A DNA stretch of 41,695 bases from a virus (lineage: Duplodnaviria; Caudoviricetes), in the IMG/VR virus record IMGVR_UViG_3300020045_002517, positions 1 through 41,695 of that record, one strand, 5' to 3'. Of the stretch, positions 1-9,448 are shown in pieces. The notes under the pieces are model-generated. The model was given only the letters and a program-made list of their open reading frames with translations, was not told where the DNA came from and did no database searches. The number at the start of each line of letters is the position of its first letter. Within the stretch, counting starts at the first letter, position 1. The position numbers were made by a program, and so were the translations under genes.

Positions 1-47
1 AGCCAAAAGATTCAAGACGGAGACAAAGAACTGTAAATAACAAAGAA

Positions 48-454
48 ATGTACATAATAAACGACACTTATTTTCAATCGCCTAAAAGAGAAATTCCTAA
101 TTTGGATGAAGCAGACAGCAAGTCGTTTGCCGAACTAGAAAGGTTAATTGATGAAGAGTGTCGTTTGTTTATGTATAACTTTTTGACAGCTGATGAAGTA
201 ACTGATTTTGAATCTTATTTGGAAGATGGTATTTTCCCAACCGTAACAACTGGTATTCCTCAAAAATGGATTGATTTAGTTAACGGAACTACTTATACTA
301 TAAATGGTGTAGATTTAGTTTGGAACGGTTTGATTTATTCATTAGGAACATCAAAACAATCGTTATTAGCTGATTATGTTTATTCTATTTGGTTAGAAAC
401 GCAAGCTAGTTATATGACTGGCGTAGGCGATGCTAAAGGAAATCCGAAAGGAGC
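48..454 (+). pseudogene. 5' part of a head-tail connector gene (divergent homolog of 40347..40955), inverted and truncated at a junction with the capsid gene
   Basis: WIDLVNG..VWNGL..LLADYVYSIWLETQASYMTGVG aligns with WFDLING..VWEGL..LIASFVFCKYLENDKSYYTGVG; beyond ~454 the ORF is antisense capsid sequence. Confidence 0.8.
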
Positions 455-1411
455 AATAATGTATCTTTCTTCAGCATCTTTAATACCTGCCATTTTAGCC
501 ATCCATACAGTGTTTAAAACAACTGTTAATTGCCCTTTGAAATTACTTAAACGAACTCTTGTAGCCATTGCCATAATAACATCAAAAATATTAGGAGCAA
601 CATAATAACCAGCCAATCCAGCAGGAACGATGAAAGCAGAAGCCTCAGTTTCTAATCCTGAAAGATTTACAGTTAATCCATCACCATCTAACAATTGGTC
701 GTCAATTTTTTGGTCTACTAATTCTCTTGCGTGTTCTTGGAAATCTTGAACGATTGCAGGTGCGTGCATCATCAAACGTTTTGTGAATTTCCATCTTACT
801 GCAACCTCTTTAATATCATGCTTTGTAGAAGTCCAATCAGCATCAGCTAAAGGCTTCAAAGCTCCCTCTGCAATAAATTCAGCGTCTCCATCTTCATTGA
901 TACGGTCTGAAGTCCATATACTCTCAGTTCCGGGCTGTGTCTTAACAGTAACCAAAGGCAACATAATGTTTTCAGGCTTCGGTACGTGACCAATTTCCGT
1001 GTCAATATAGTTTCCAAATAATGGAGAAAAACCACCTGCTACGTTTGGAGTAACGTTTGCAGTAGTCATTAACGCAGCAACTTTAATTACTGTTGAAGCT
1101 CCGTAATGCTTGTCAGATTCAGTGAATTTTTCGATGTTATCCTCTACGAATTTAACGAAAGTTCCTTTTTCTGCTTCGGCTTTACCGTCTGCTTTTTCGA
1201 GCATTTTGTTGTAGTTGTCTTTCAACTCCAGCAATTCTTTAGCGATATTTTCAAACGCTTCTTTTTGTTCTTCTTTTAAAGATTCGACTGCTTTATTGAT
1301 TTCTTCTTTAGTCGATTTAGCTTCAAAATCTCTTTTTGATACTGAATATGTTTCAGCTTCTTCGGGCGTCATCTTGTCAATTTCAGCCTGACTTTTGTAC
1401 TTAAAATCCAT
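410..1411 (-). CDS. Major capsid protein (HK97 fold), N-terminal ~322 aa; true C-terminus lost at the junction at ~445
   Basis: Follows the prohead protease; coiled-coil N-terminus; AEFIAEGALKP motif; overlaps in homology with 41226..41695. Confidence 0.9.
   Translation of the reverse strand: MDFKYKSQAEIDKMTPEEAETYSVSKRDFEAKSTKEEINKAVESLKEEQKEAFENIAKELLELKDNYNKMLEKADGKAEAEKGTFVKFVEDNIEKFTESDKHYGASTVIKVAALMTTANVTPNVAGGFSPLFGNYIDTEIGHVPKPENIMLPLVTVKTQPGTESIWTSDRINEDGDAEFIAEGALKPLADADWTSTKHDIKEVAVRWKFTKRLMMHAPAIVQDFQEHARELVDQKIDDQLLDGDGLTVNLSGLETEASAFIVPAGLAGYYVAPNIFDVIMAMATRVRLSNFKGQLTVVLNTVWMAKMAGIKDAEERYIIAPFGFPLASPTPVI
445..636. repeat. Imperfect direct repeat of 41504..41695 (capsid segment)
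   Basis: Manual alignment about 149/192 nt and 55/63 aa identical. Confidence 0.95.
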
Positions 1412-1431
1412 TTGCTTTTTAGATTTAATTG

Positions 1432-2229
1432 TTAAATAATTCTTCTTCTTTTTGGTTCTTGAGTGACTTCTGTCGGCTCTTCTTTATTTGAAAGTGATTC
1501 ATCGGCTTTCATATTGTTTTCTAATGTTGGTGTTATCGTATTGCTTCCCATTACTACCGCACTACCCTCTACTAATTTAGCTTCTGTAACTGCCCAGAAA
1601 TATCCTGCTTCATCCGCTCTTTCGTTGTTAGCTATTTCTTTGTAGTATTTCTGCCAATTCTCGTAATATTGTCCTGAACCGCTATCATTTATGCAAAGAT
1701 ACATTTTAACATATCTCATACCTACCGAGTGATTCAAAACATAACCGTCACGGTATTGCTTAAACATAAATTCATTTCGGTTCTTGCCTATGGTAGCGTC
1801 AAAGATTAATGCTTCCGTTTTTCCGTTCATAGAAAGTCCTAACTGCTTCCAAGTATAGTTCTGAACAAAAGCATCAACATCGCTCGTTATAATCTTGTCA
1901 AACTTCATTTGGTGTTCCTGAAGAAGATAGATGGTTTTTTGCTCTGTTAGCGTCTTTCCCCAAATACCCGGCATGTGAACATCGCAATGGCTGTCCATCC
2001 AATTAGTAGTGTTTATTACCAACTTTGTTTTTAAAGTGTTAATGTCCTCGTTTATTGGTTTGTTATTGATAGCCTTGTATGCGCCCTCTTCTTCAACAGA
2101 AAATTCTTTTGTATAGCTGAAAGCATCAGCTTCTTTAACGCTGTATTTCTTTTCTGCAATAAGTTCTTTTTCATTCTTAATCAAGAAATCAAACAACTGC
2201 GATTTTTCTGCAAAGTTTGGTATTTTCAT
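1432..2229 (-). CDS. Prohead maturation protease (HK97-like)
   Basis: Between portal and capsid; LLQEH, HSVGM and LVEGSAVVMGSN motifs. Confidence 0.85.
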   Translation of the reverse strand: MKIPNFAEKSQLFDFLIKNEKELIAEKKYSVKEADAFSYTKEFSVEEEGAYKAINNKPINEDINTLKTKLVINTTNWMDSHCDVHMPGIWGKTLTEQKTIYLLQEHQMKFDKIITSDVDAFVQNYTWKQLGLSMNGKTEALIFDATIGKNRNEFMFKQYRDGYVLNHSVGMRYVKMYLCINDSGSGQYYENWQKYYKEIANNERADEAGYFWAVTEAKLVEGSAVVMGSNTITPTLENNMKADESLSNKEEPTEVTQEPKRRRII

Positions 2230-2342
2230 TTGTTCACTTGGTTACCGTTAATCAACGCTTCTTTTCTTTTTTCTAATTCTCTTTTAAGTTCTGGAGAAAT
2301 ATCTTTTTTCTTCAATAGTTTTTCTATTTCTTCTACATTCAT
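2226..2342 (-). CDS. 38-aa hypothetical protein (MNVEEIEKLLKKKDISPELKRELEKRKEALINGNQVNK)
   Basis: Fills the portal-protease gap; ATGA overlap with the protease start. Confidence 0.6.
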   Translation of the reverse strand: MNVEEIEKLLKKKDISPELKRELEKRKEALINGNQVNK

Positions 2343-2346
2343 AGCT

Positions 2347-3573
2347 TTAGGTATTTAATATTCTGTTTGCCATTGCATTTGCATCAACTTCATTTAAAGC
2401 TCCAATTTCTTTTGCTTTCATAATATTATCTAACTGTAATCCTACTCTTTCGGCTCTTTCTTTTTCGAATACTTGGTTGAACATTAAGTGACCCCAGCTC
2501 ATTCTTATATCTTGTAAACTGTATTGGCTTTCAAACCAATCCGTAAGCATTTGACCTTTTGGCGTCATACAGTACTCTACAAGCCTTGCCATTGCCTTTT
2601 CTTGATTCTCATATGTTGACCCTCTTAAGTTGGCTTCTAATATGTCACGAGGAATATTAAACATCGTGCCAAACATAAAATAATCATTATAGAAACTTTC
2701 GTCAAGTTTTAGCTTTCCAATATCTTCAACAAACCTATTAATGTCAACCATAGATTTGATAGCGTGTACCTGCTTATTTCCTCTTACCTTGGTTTCAATG
2801 TCCGTCTGCTCAATCTTTGTCATTGGGGTTTCAGTAACATTGTTTGGATCTGCTTGTCCAGCTACTAAAAACTTCTGTGCAAATTCCAGATTAATAGCCT
2901 TAGCGTCTAAAGATAATTCACTATTTTTTATTACTTTGTACAAAGCGTCTATACGGCTGTAACCGTTTAGAGGGTTGTCTGTTCCAGCATTTGTAAGATC
3001 ATAAAAAGGCGTAATTTCGTTTAAGGCAATTGACTTTGTTTGACCGTTTTCAAAACGATATGTAATATTATTTTTAAGAACGTCTTTATAACTTGAATTT
3101 GAAAGAAACAAAGCCTTTAACTTGTTTATTACCGATGCGTCCCAAACTATATTTACAGGATTTAGCCATTGCAAAGAATTGTTATCGCTTATTACGCTTG
3201 AATTATTAGGGTTGTATAGATAAGCAACTCCAAAAATATTAAGCCAAAACTTGTAATCCCATAAAAACTGCGTCCACGTCTGCGTTATGTTTGGCTTTTT
3301 AGACAGCGAATAAAGAAAATCATATTCTTTTACTTTTTCTTCTTGGTATTTATTTATTTTACCTAAAGAAAATATATCGCAATCTAACGAAATAACCTTT
3401 AGCAATGCTGGACTATTTGTAACAATCTTTAACTTCTCGTTATCAGGTATTACTTTTCCAACTGCCGTACTTGAACTGAACATTGTGTAAAATATGTTAC
3501 CCATATTGTCCTGTTCAATCTTTAACGGCTCTCTTTGATTTCCACCAAAACCAAAACTAAAGTGAAAACTCAT
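2347..3573 (-). CDS. Portal protein
   Basis: 408 aa between TerL and protease; FGVAYLY, GYSRIDAL, FNIPRDIL..STYENQE portal-like motifs. Confidence 0.85.
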   Translation of the reverse strand: MSFHFSFGFGGNQREPLKIEQDNMGNIFYTMFSSSTAVGKVIPDNEKLKIVTNSPALLKVISLDCDIFSLGKINKYQEEKVKEYDFLYSLSKKPNITQTWTQFLWDYKFWLNIFGVAYLYNPNNSSVISDNNSLQWLNPVNIVWDASVINKLKALFLSNSSYKDVLKNNITYRFENGQTKSIALNEITPFYDLTNAGTDNPLNGYSRIDALYKVIKNSELSLDAKAINLEFAQKFLVAGQADPNNVTETPMTKIEQTDIETKVRGNKQVHAIKSMVDINRFVEDIGKLKLDESFYNDYFMFGTMFNIPRDILEANLRGSTYENQEKAMARLVEYCMTPKGQMLTDWFESQYSLQDIRMSWGHLMFNQVFEKERAERVGLQLDNIMKAKEIGALNEVDANAMANRILNT

Positions 3574-3579
3574 ACGTTT

Positions 3580-3621
3580 AAAAGTAAAAAATCCCTGCCT
3601 ATGTTGCCATAAGTAGGGATT
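3580..3621 (-). terminator. Terminator-like hairpin (GCAA loop) in the portal leader
   Basis: AATCCCTACTTATG-GCAA-CATAGGCAGGGATT followed by a T-rich run. Confidence 0.65.
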
Positions 3622-3671
3622 AAGTTATAAATACTGATAGAGGTTCTACGCATCTTCACATAGGTTTAGGG

Positions 3672-3679
3672 CAAATATA
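3672..3679 (-). promoter_or_regulatory. Bacteroidota -7 promoter box upstream of the portal operon
   Basis: TATATTTG matches TAnnTTTG in the TerL-portal gap. Confidence 0.65.
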
Positions 3680-3708
3680 GGTAAATTATCTATATGGATT
3701 GTAATTTT

Positions 3709-5085
3709 TTAAATATTTCTTATTAATCCTTCTTTTCTCCAATATTCTGCTCCGTAACGTGCGGGATCCATCAAGTGGTTGTCCGTGTCTTCGGGTTCTT
3801 CTAGAACTATTCCGTAACGGTCAACTTTACGTGAGTAGTTTTCCTGCTCATACTTTAAATTAGCGCTTGTGTTGGTATAATAAACCTTTAACGAGTTAAG
3901 CAAGTCTATTCCATCAATAACTGAACCCGCTCCTTTTGTGGCTGAAATAGAATATTCAAATCCAGCACGCCTTAACGCTAATATCTTTAACGGCCTGTTG
4001 CTATCACAAACAATAACTTTTTCAGGGTTTATGTTCATCTTTCTGAACTTCCACATAACCAATCCTTCTTCCGTATTGTCAATCTGTGCTAATTCGGTTG
4101 CCGTAAGTTTTTCACGTATTTTGTTTTCGCTATCATAATTAAGCTCGTGAAGGTATAATCCACCATCGTAATACTTCATATGCAAAACTCCCATAGGGTC
4201 AACCGCACCCCAATCGACTGCATATAAGTCAGGTGCTTTTATGGCATTGAACGCATCTATAGGTATTTCAGTCCAATGGAATATCCTGTTAGGGCGTTCT
4301 GCTTTTTCTCCTAATCCATAAACTTGCCATTTGTATTCAGATGCTGAATTTATAGATTCATTTAGCCTGCATCTTGAAAGCTCTTTTAAATGCTTTTCGG
4401 AAAGATTTAGATTGTTTACTTCAATATCATAAAACCTTGCTAATTCTTCGGTAAGGGTTTTATTCACTACTAAATAGCAAAGTTTTATAGGCTGGTAGGA
4501 AAGTATTTTTTGCTTCTGTTCTTCAGGACAAAAAGGATTGTCTTTAAATGTTGACCTAATAACTAATGTTCTTGGGTCTTTCATTAAATCATCGCTCCAA
4601 TGGTCTTTCTTTGGATTTAAATCTAATAAAACAAAATCTGAAGTTCTTTGGTCAATCTGGTCGAAAGTGTCTTTAGAAATCTTGTAAGGTTCATTGAACC
4701 AAGATACGTCTTGGGTTAATCCGTGTACGGTTTCTTCATCATCTGTTCCGTGTATCTCGAAAGTGGAATCCGTATCGTATGTAAATATGCTTTCGGTCTT
4801 ATTGAAGTTTTGACCTACTTTATAACGACCTGTTTTTTTTAGACGTTTAAGAGTATCATTTAAAACTGTTTTCTTGCAGTCTGTTTTTGTATCCCTCCAA
4901 ACAGTCATACGCTTGTTGTTTTGGCTTCTTGCGTATGTATCGTAGACATCTATAAGGGAAACTGTCTTTGAGCTTCTTGAACTGCCTATATTGATTATGT
5001 AACGGTATTTACGTTCTCCTTTTTCATTAAGTTCGTTAATAGCGTTCCAATTCTTTTCATAAACAATTGTAGCTTCAAATTCCAT
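3709..5085 (-). CDS. terL: Terminase large subunit (PBSX/SPP1-like)
   Basis: GSSRSSKT Walker A, WFNEP Walker B, DLNP, AVDWG and DNHLMDPARY nuclease motifs. Confidence 0.95.
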   Translation of the reverse strand: MEFEATIVYEKNWNAINELNEKGERKYRYIINIGSSRSSKTVSLIDVYDTYARSQNNKRMTVWRDTKTDCKKTVLNDTLKRLKKTGRYKVGQNFNKTESIFTYDTDSTFEIHGTDDEETVHGLTQDVSWFNEPYKISKDTFDQIDQRTSDFVLLDLNPKKDHWSDDLMKDPRTLVIRSTFKDNPFCPEEQKQKILSYQPIKLCYLVVNKTLTEELARFYDIEVNNLNLSEKHLKELSRCRLNESINSASEYKWQVYGLGEKAERPNRIFHWTEIPIDAFNAIKAPDLYAVDWGAVDPMGVLHMKYYDGGLYLHELNYDSENKIREKLTATELAQIDNTEEGLVMWKFRKMNINPEKVIVCDSNRPLKILALRRAGFEYSISATKGAGSVIDGIDLLNSLKVYYTNTSANLKYEQENYSRKVDRYGIVLEEPEDTDNHLMDPARYGAEYWRKEGLIRNI

Positions 5086-5618
5086 TATTCAGAATCTTCT
5101 TCAGGTTTTACTATTGTGACTTTTAAAGGCGCAGGTGCAGTTTCTGGTTTCCTTTGAAAATTATCTTTTTCATAACCTCCAAGATGCTTCATTAGCTTTT
5201 CAACCGCATCAAGTTTTGAAATGGTTTTAACTTTCTTTGTGCTACCTATTGAAGTACCAGCCATTCTTATTTCATCGCTTGACAATTCAGAAATCATTTG
5301 TCTTGCAATGATAGGCATTTCTTTTATATTTAAAAGATTTCCATTATCGTCATATAAGTCTGCTATGTCGAAGCGAACCATCCCAGATAAAGTATAAACA
5401 AGCTCGTCAATAGTAGCTTTGTTACGCTCATAAGCTTCTCTTTGCAAATCTTTTATTCTTAGAGATATATTAGGGTCTGCGTGAACTCTACAGGCTTCTA
5501 CGGCAACACTATTTGAGTTCATTGCTTCGGCATCATAGGCTATCCTGTAAGCTGTTGATTGATTCATACATACAATGTAGCTTTGACAGTATTTTTCTTG
5601 TTTATCAGTTAGTGCCAT
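5085..5618 (-). CDS. terS: Terminase small subunit
   Basis: LTDKQEKYCQSY..NQSTAYRIAY HTH start; KLDAVEKLMKHLG; directly upstream of TerL. Confidence 0.9.
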   Translation of the reverse strand: MALTDKQEKYCQSYIVCMNQSTAYRIAYDAEAMNSNSVAVEACRVHADPNISLRIKDLQREAYERNKATIDELVYTLSGMVRFDIADLYDDNGNLLNIKEMPIIARQMISELSSDEIRMAGTSIGSTKKVKTISKLDAVEKLMKHLGGYEKDNFQRKPETAPAPLKVTIVKPEEDSE

Positions 5619-5649
5619 AACCCCAAAACTATTAAATTAATTCGACATA

Positions 5650-6111
5650 TCAAAATTTATATTTATCTCTTGCTTGTTCTGTAAGTATTAGGTTGTATTT
5701 TACGAGTTCTTCTAAATTTTGACCTAAATTTATTGAATGTTCGTATGAAATGTGCAAATCCCCATTGGTAACACATTTTACAGATTCTAATCGGTTGCAT
5801 ATTTCAAACCCTTCAAATATCACTTCTGATTTAGCTTTTTGAAATGAAATCAAAATATCTCTCATTTCTTCAGGTGATGCATTAAATTTTTTAGCATCCT
5901 CTCCTTCAAATGGAATGTATGGTGTTTTTAAAACATTTCCTTGATCATCACAAGGAACGAAATATTTAAGTTCCAAAGGCATTGAAAGGAATTTGGCGTA
6001 GTTTGATGTGTTGGCTATATAATTCGCGCTACAATGGGAGTCTAAATCATCTTCAGCCCATTTTTTATATTGCTCCAGCACATAAGCTGTCATACTTTTT
6101 AATACTTCCAT
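5650..6111 (-). CDS. Hypothetical protein
   Basis: 153-aa ORF in a tightly packed operon. Confidence 0.7.
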   Translation of the reverse strand: MEVLKSMTAYVLEQYKKWAEDDLDSHCSANYIANTSNYAKFLSMPLELKYFVPCDDQGNVLKTPYIPFEGEDAKKFNASPEEMRDILISFQKAKSEVIFEGFEICNRLESVKCVTNGDLHISYEHSINLGQNLEELVKYNLILTEQARDKYKF

Positions 6112-6114
6112 AAT

Positions 6115-6360
6115 TTATACTTTTGATATTGATAATATGCAAAACCCTTCATCTAATCCGAATACACCGCCCTCTAAAACGTGATCAATTCTTCTATGTA
6201 CAAAATTTCCTGTATATTGATTTGCGTCTTTGTCAAATTCTCTTAATAGAAGATAATCTCCTAATTTAAAGTTTCTATCGTTTTTACGAAGTTCATAATT
6301 TTTAATTCCAGAAACTAACAATCCGAAATACTCTTGCCAAACTTTTAAATCGTGTGTCAT
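6115..6360 (-). CDS. DUF3850 / ASCH-like protein
   Basis: HDLKVWQEYF..GIKNYELRKNDRNFKLGDYLLLRE signature. Confidence 0.85.
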   Translation of the reverse strand: MTHDLKVWQEYFGLLVSGIKNYELRKNDRNFKLGDYLLLREFDKDANQYTGNFVHRRIDHVLEGGVFGLDEGFCILSISKV

Positions 6361-6401
6361 AATCCCAATGTTTAATTTGTTTTACTGTTTAATTTTATTG
6401 G

Positions 6402-6599
6402 TTAAAAATGTTTTGGACACCATTCCCATTTTTCTTCACGGAATTGCTCAATAGGTATGGTTAAAACAGAACAACCTACTGCTATTAATTCGCCCATTTC
6501 TCTCTTTTCTTTTAGTGTAGGCTTTTCGATTGGCTGTCCCGCCATTTTATATTTTTTACCCTCACAAGGGCATTTAAAAATTTGTACTGGGTTTTTCAT
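6402..6599 (-). CDS. Hypothetical Cys-containing protein
   Basis: 65-aa ORF in operon. Confidence 0.6.
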   Translation of the reverse strand: MKNPVQIFKCPCEGKKYKMAGQPIEKPTLKEKREMGELIAVGCSVLTIPIEQFREEKWEWCPKHF

Positions 6600-6600
6600 C

Positions 6601-7080
6601 TTATTTACTGTTTAGTGTTGATTTGTCTATTGCTAAATTTCGCTCCAAAAGTCCGTACAAATCAAAATGAAGCTCGTGAAGAAATGAGGTTATTTCCATT
6701 ATTTGTGAAAGGGATATGTCTACAGTATTTTCATCACGCTCACTTGTGTATTCACATCCTGGCTGAATTACTTCAATACTTAATTCTTTGTTATCCCACA
6801 AACTTATACACACGTCTAAATCTCCAATTAGGTCGTTTATTTCATCCATCGGAATTATCTCAACGCCATTATGAACTATTGTTTTGGTTAGCATTTCTAA
6901 AGGATATAGAATTGGCTTGAAATCATCATACGAACAGTATTTAAAACCGTGTATCTGAGGTTGTGTAGAAATAGAATATTTACCACGCATATCAGTCAAT
7001 TCAACTATTTTGCCTTTAATCATTACTTGAAGCTTAAAAGGATAATATCCAGCTATTTCTTTAAGTGTAAGTTTTTCCAT
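6601..7080 (-). CDS. Hypothetical phage protein
   Basis: 159-aa ORF with 1-nt start/stop overlap. Confidence 0.7.
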   Translation of the reverse strand: MEKLTLKEIAGYYPFKLQVMIKGKIVELTDMRGKYSISTQPQIHGFKYCSYDDFKPILYPLEMLTKTIVHNGVEIIPMDEINDLIGDLDVCISLWDNKELSIEVIQPGCEYTSERDENTVDISLSQIMEITSFLHELHFDLYGLLERNLAIDKSTLNSK

Positions 7081-7472
7081 TAGTAAATTGGTTTTTTGGG
7101 TTTAATGATTGGTTGATAGTGAGTGTAAATCTTTGAATAAATTAATGCTTTTTCTGATGAATCATTATAGCCATTAATAGTTACATCTCCATGATTAGTC
7201 ATAAACCAAAATTCTACACTTTTACCATCTGTATTAGGCAAATCATCTTCTGAATGTATAGAAATCCAATTGTTGTTGGTTTCGATTCCTGCAAGTAACT
7301 TTGGACGTAGATTAAATCCATCTATAGATGTTTCAAAATCCAAATCATCAATATTAGTATTATTTTTTGATTCAAACCAATTGTACCATCCATTTTCTTC
7401 AACGAAATATTTCAATTCCTCCCAATAAATTCCATAAGCCACTTCAATAGCTTTTTGTTTTGCGTTTTCCAT
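7080..7472 (-). CDS. Hypothetical protein with DUF551-like C-terminus
   Basis: WISIHSEDDLP...THYQPI pattern. Confidence 0.6.
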   Translation of the reverse strand: MENAKQKAIEVAYGIYWEELKYFVEENGWYNWFESKNNTNIDDLDFETSIDGFNLRPKLLAGIETNNNWISIHSEDDLPNTDGKSVEFWFMTNHGDVTINGYNDSSEKALIYSKIYTHYQPIIKPKKPIY

Positions 7473-7522
7473 TTTATCTAAAGATTAATGTTTTGTCAAG
7501 TTTTGTTTAGTTAATTTCAGAA

Positions 7523-7765
7523 TTAAGTTCTTTGACTTTCATATCGAGATAATTTTTCGCCACAATTACAATAAGACTCTCCTAAATAATGTTTGTAATC
7601 TCCTTCTATTAACCACCATTCTGTTGTATTATCGTCATCACTTTTTCCAAAAAGCAAGTCTTTTTCATTACCAACATAGTAATTGTTGTTGTAAGAGCTT
7701 ATTTCTGGTATATGCTTGAATTGGTTCATATCCATACCTTCTGTGTAAAAATCGTAATTTGCCAT
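7523..7765 (-). CDS. Hypothetical protein
   Basis: 80-aa ORF. Confidence 0.6.
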   Translation of the reverse strand: MANYDFYTEGMDMNQFKHIPEISSYNNNYYVGNEKDLLFGKSDDDNTTEWWLIEGDYKHYLGESYCNCGEKLSRYESQRT

Positions 7766-7827
7766 AATCGTTAATTTTTGTGATGTACATCTCTAATCTT
7801 TATTGTTGAATGTTTCGGAGTAGTATT

Positions 7828-8001
7828 TTATATTGGAGAATGGTAGTAAATTGATAAAAAACCGATTTTTAATACTTTATATCCCAAGCACCATTGTATT
7901 TTACCTATTTGAAAATTAGTTCTAATTTCTACCCAAAAAAGAGGAAGTATTTTAAACCTTTCGCAAGTACCAAATTTTTTACTTAAAATTATATTTTTCA
8001 T
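7828..8001 (-). CDS. 57-aa hypothetical protein (MKNIILSKKFGTCERF...)
   Basis: ATGA overlap with the upstream stop; below the ORF-track cutoff. Confidence 0.5.
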   Translation of the reverse strand: MKNIILSKKFGTCERFKILPLFWVEIRTNFQIGKIQWCLGYKVLKIGFLSIYYHSPI

Positions 8002-8336
8002 AATTTCTCCAATATAATTAGTTTTACATTTTCTTTGTTTAAATCAACTCCTTTAGACTGTAATAGGCTTCGGAATGAATTGTTTTTACTTAAATAGTAT
8101 GGTTTATTCTGTTCAAAACAATAAAACAAATCTTCTTTTTTGTCATAACATTCAACAACATCTTCAACATCAAAGGAAATTTCATATTTGGTTACTTCTC
8201 CGAGTATTTTGAAATCAAATATTTTACCTCCTTCTGGTGTTCTAGCAACCATTCTTATTGGTTCTTCTATTTTTTCTATAACAGTATTACTCGGAACTTC
8301 CACGCAATACAATTTGTTTTCTATTAGTGTGGTCAT
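7998..8336 (-). CDS. Hypothetical protein
   Basis: 112-aa ORF. Confidence 0.65.
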   Translation of the reverse strand: MTTLIENKLYCVEVPSNTVIEKIEEPIRMVARTPEGGKIFDFKILGEVTKYEISFDVEDVVECYDKKEDLFYCFEQNKPYYLSKNNSFRSLLQSKGVDLNKENVKLIILEKL

Positions 8337-8341
8337 CCTTA

Positions 8342-9301
8342 TTAGTTTTTAATTGTTATTGGTTCGGTGCATAGTTTGAAATTTGAGCGTATCCAATTGT
8401 TTGAATATTGTCCAACTTCATCTTCCCATTCTTTTTCTATTTCCTTATATACACAAACACCTCTAAAATTGCCTTCATTTGTCTTATTACTCTCCTCCAT
8501 TGTCATAACTACAATAAATCCATTAGTAAGATATTGACCAGTCTTGCTCCAATCTATTTCAGTTGACTTACCGAAAAGCTCTCTGTATTCTTGGATTGAG
8601 ATTTCTGTTTTGGTTCTATCTCTTCCGTAAACTCCAAATTTATAATATGTATTTTGTCTAAAAAATGTAGAATCTGGAAAGTATTTCATTGAATATTCAT
8701 CACCTACTTTCTCCCCACACGCTTTTGCAATTTCAGCGCATTCGTTAGCTTCTTCTTGTGATGTTACTTTTACCTGAACTTCTCGGATGGATAAGTTGGT
8801 ATCGGTATTACCGAGGGCAGGTTTTTTAATTCCCTCGATTTCGGGTGTTTTAAAATCATAATCTCTAATAATGTCTGCCCAAACACCATTAATTAAAATC
8901 CAAATCCCTTTACATTCTGGTTGTTTTTCATCATAAATCCAAAAACCTTGATTATAATGATTTGAAATACGCATTGATTCTAAATTGAAAACATTTAAGG
9001 TAAATTCTCCTTGATGGTTTTTAATTTTAATTCCATTTTCAAAACCTAATTTTTTAGCTTGTTCAAATAAATTTTCAAATACAATATGATGTCTGCTAAA
9101 TTTACCATCGTATTTTATTTCTTCTTCAAAATCATATTCATTAACACTTTTTGATTTAGGTTTAAGCCATTCAAAATTATGTTCTTCTGGATTGGCTTGT
9201 GAAACACTCACTTCCGTATTCAAAGCCAAATGCTTTTCTATTTTATCTAAACGCTTTTCGTTTTCTAATTGTAATTTCTGTAACTTTTTATACTTTCCCA
9301 T
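8342..9301 (-). CDS. Hypothetical protein, probably multi-domain
   Basis: 319-aa ORF. Confidence 0.75.
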   Translation of the reverse strand: MGKYKKLQKLQLENEKRLDKIEKHLALNTEVSVSQANPEEHNFEWLKPKSKSVNEYDFEEEIKYDGKFSRHHIVFENLFEQAKKLGFENGIKIKNHQGEFTLNVFNLESMRISNHYNQGFWIYDEKQPECKGIWILINGVWADIIRDYDFKTPEIEGIKKPALGNTDTNLSIREVQVKVTSQEEANECAEIAKACGEKVGDEYSMKYFPDSTFFRQNTYYKFGVYGRDRTKTEISIQEYRELFGKSTEIDWSKTGQYLTNGFIVVMTMEESNKTNEGNFRGVCVYKEIEKEWEDEVGQYSNNWIRSNFKLCTEPITIKN

Positions 9302-9448
9302 AATATTAATTTTTTAAATTGTAAATAATAATTCCGACAACGGCTAAAAATAAGCCAACAATAAAAGCATTTTTATTTACTTTAAATTCTTTGATAGCTT
9401 CTTTTTTTAAGAAGAAAAGATACTTTCCCATAATTTAATTTTTTAAAT
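9290..9448. repeat. ~30-bp near-perfect direct repeat (9290-9319, 9420-9448)
   Basis: atactttcccataat(a)ttaattttttaaat occurs twice. Confidence 0.85.
9306..9431 (-). CDS. 41-aa single-TM micro-protein (MGKYLFFLKKEAIKEFKVNKNAFIVGLFLAVVGIIIYNLKN)
   Basis: Manual translation; fills the gap exactly. Confidence 0.6.
   Translation of the reverse strand: MGKYLFFLKKEAIKEFKVNKNAFIVGLFLAVVGIIIYNLKN

Noticed and set aside
455-605. C-terminal 50 aa of the 185-aa ORF and the last residues (GFPLASPTPVI) of the 333-aa capsid ORF
   Set aside because: Both are read-through into the antisense strand of the other gene across the junction
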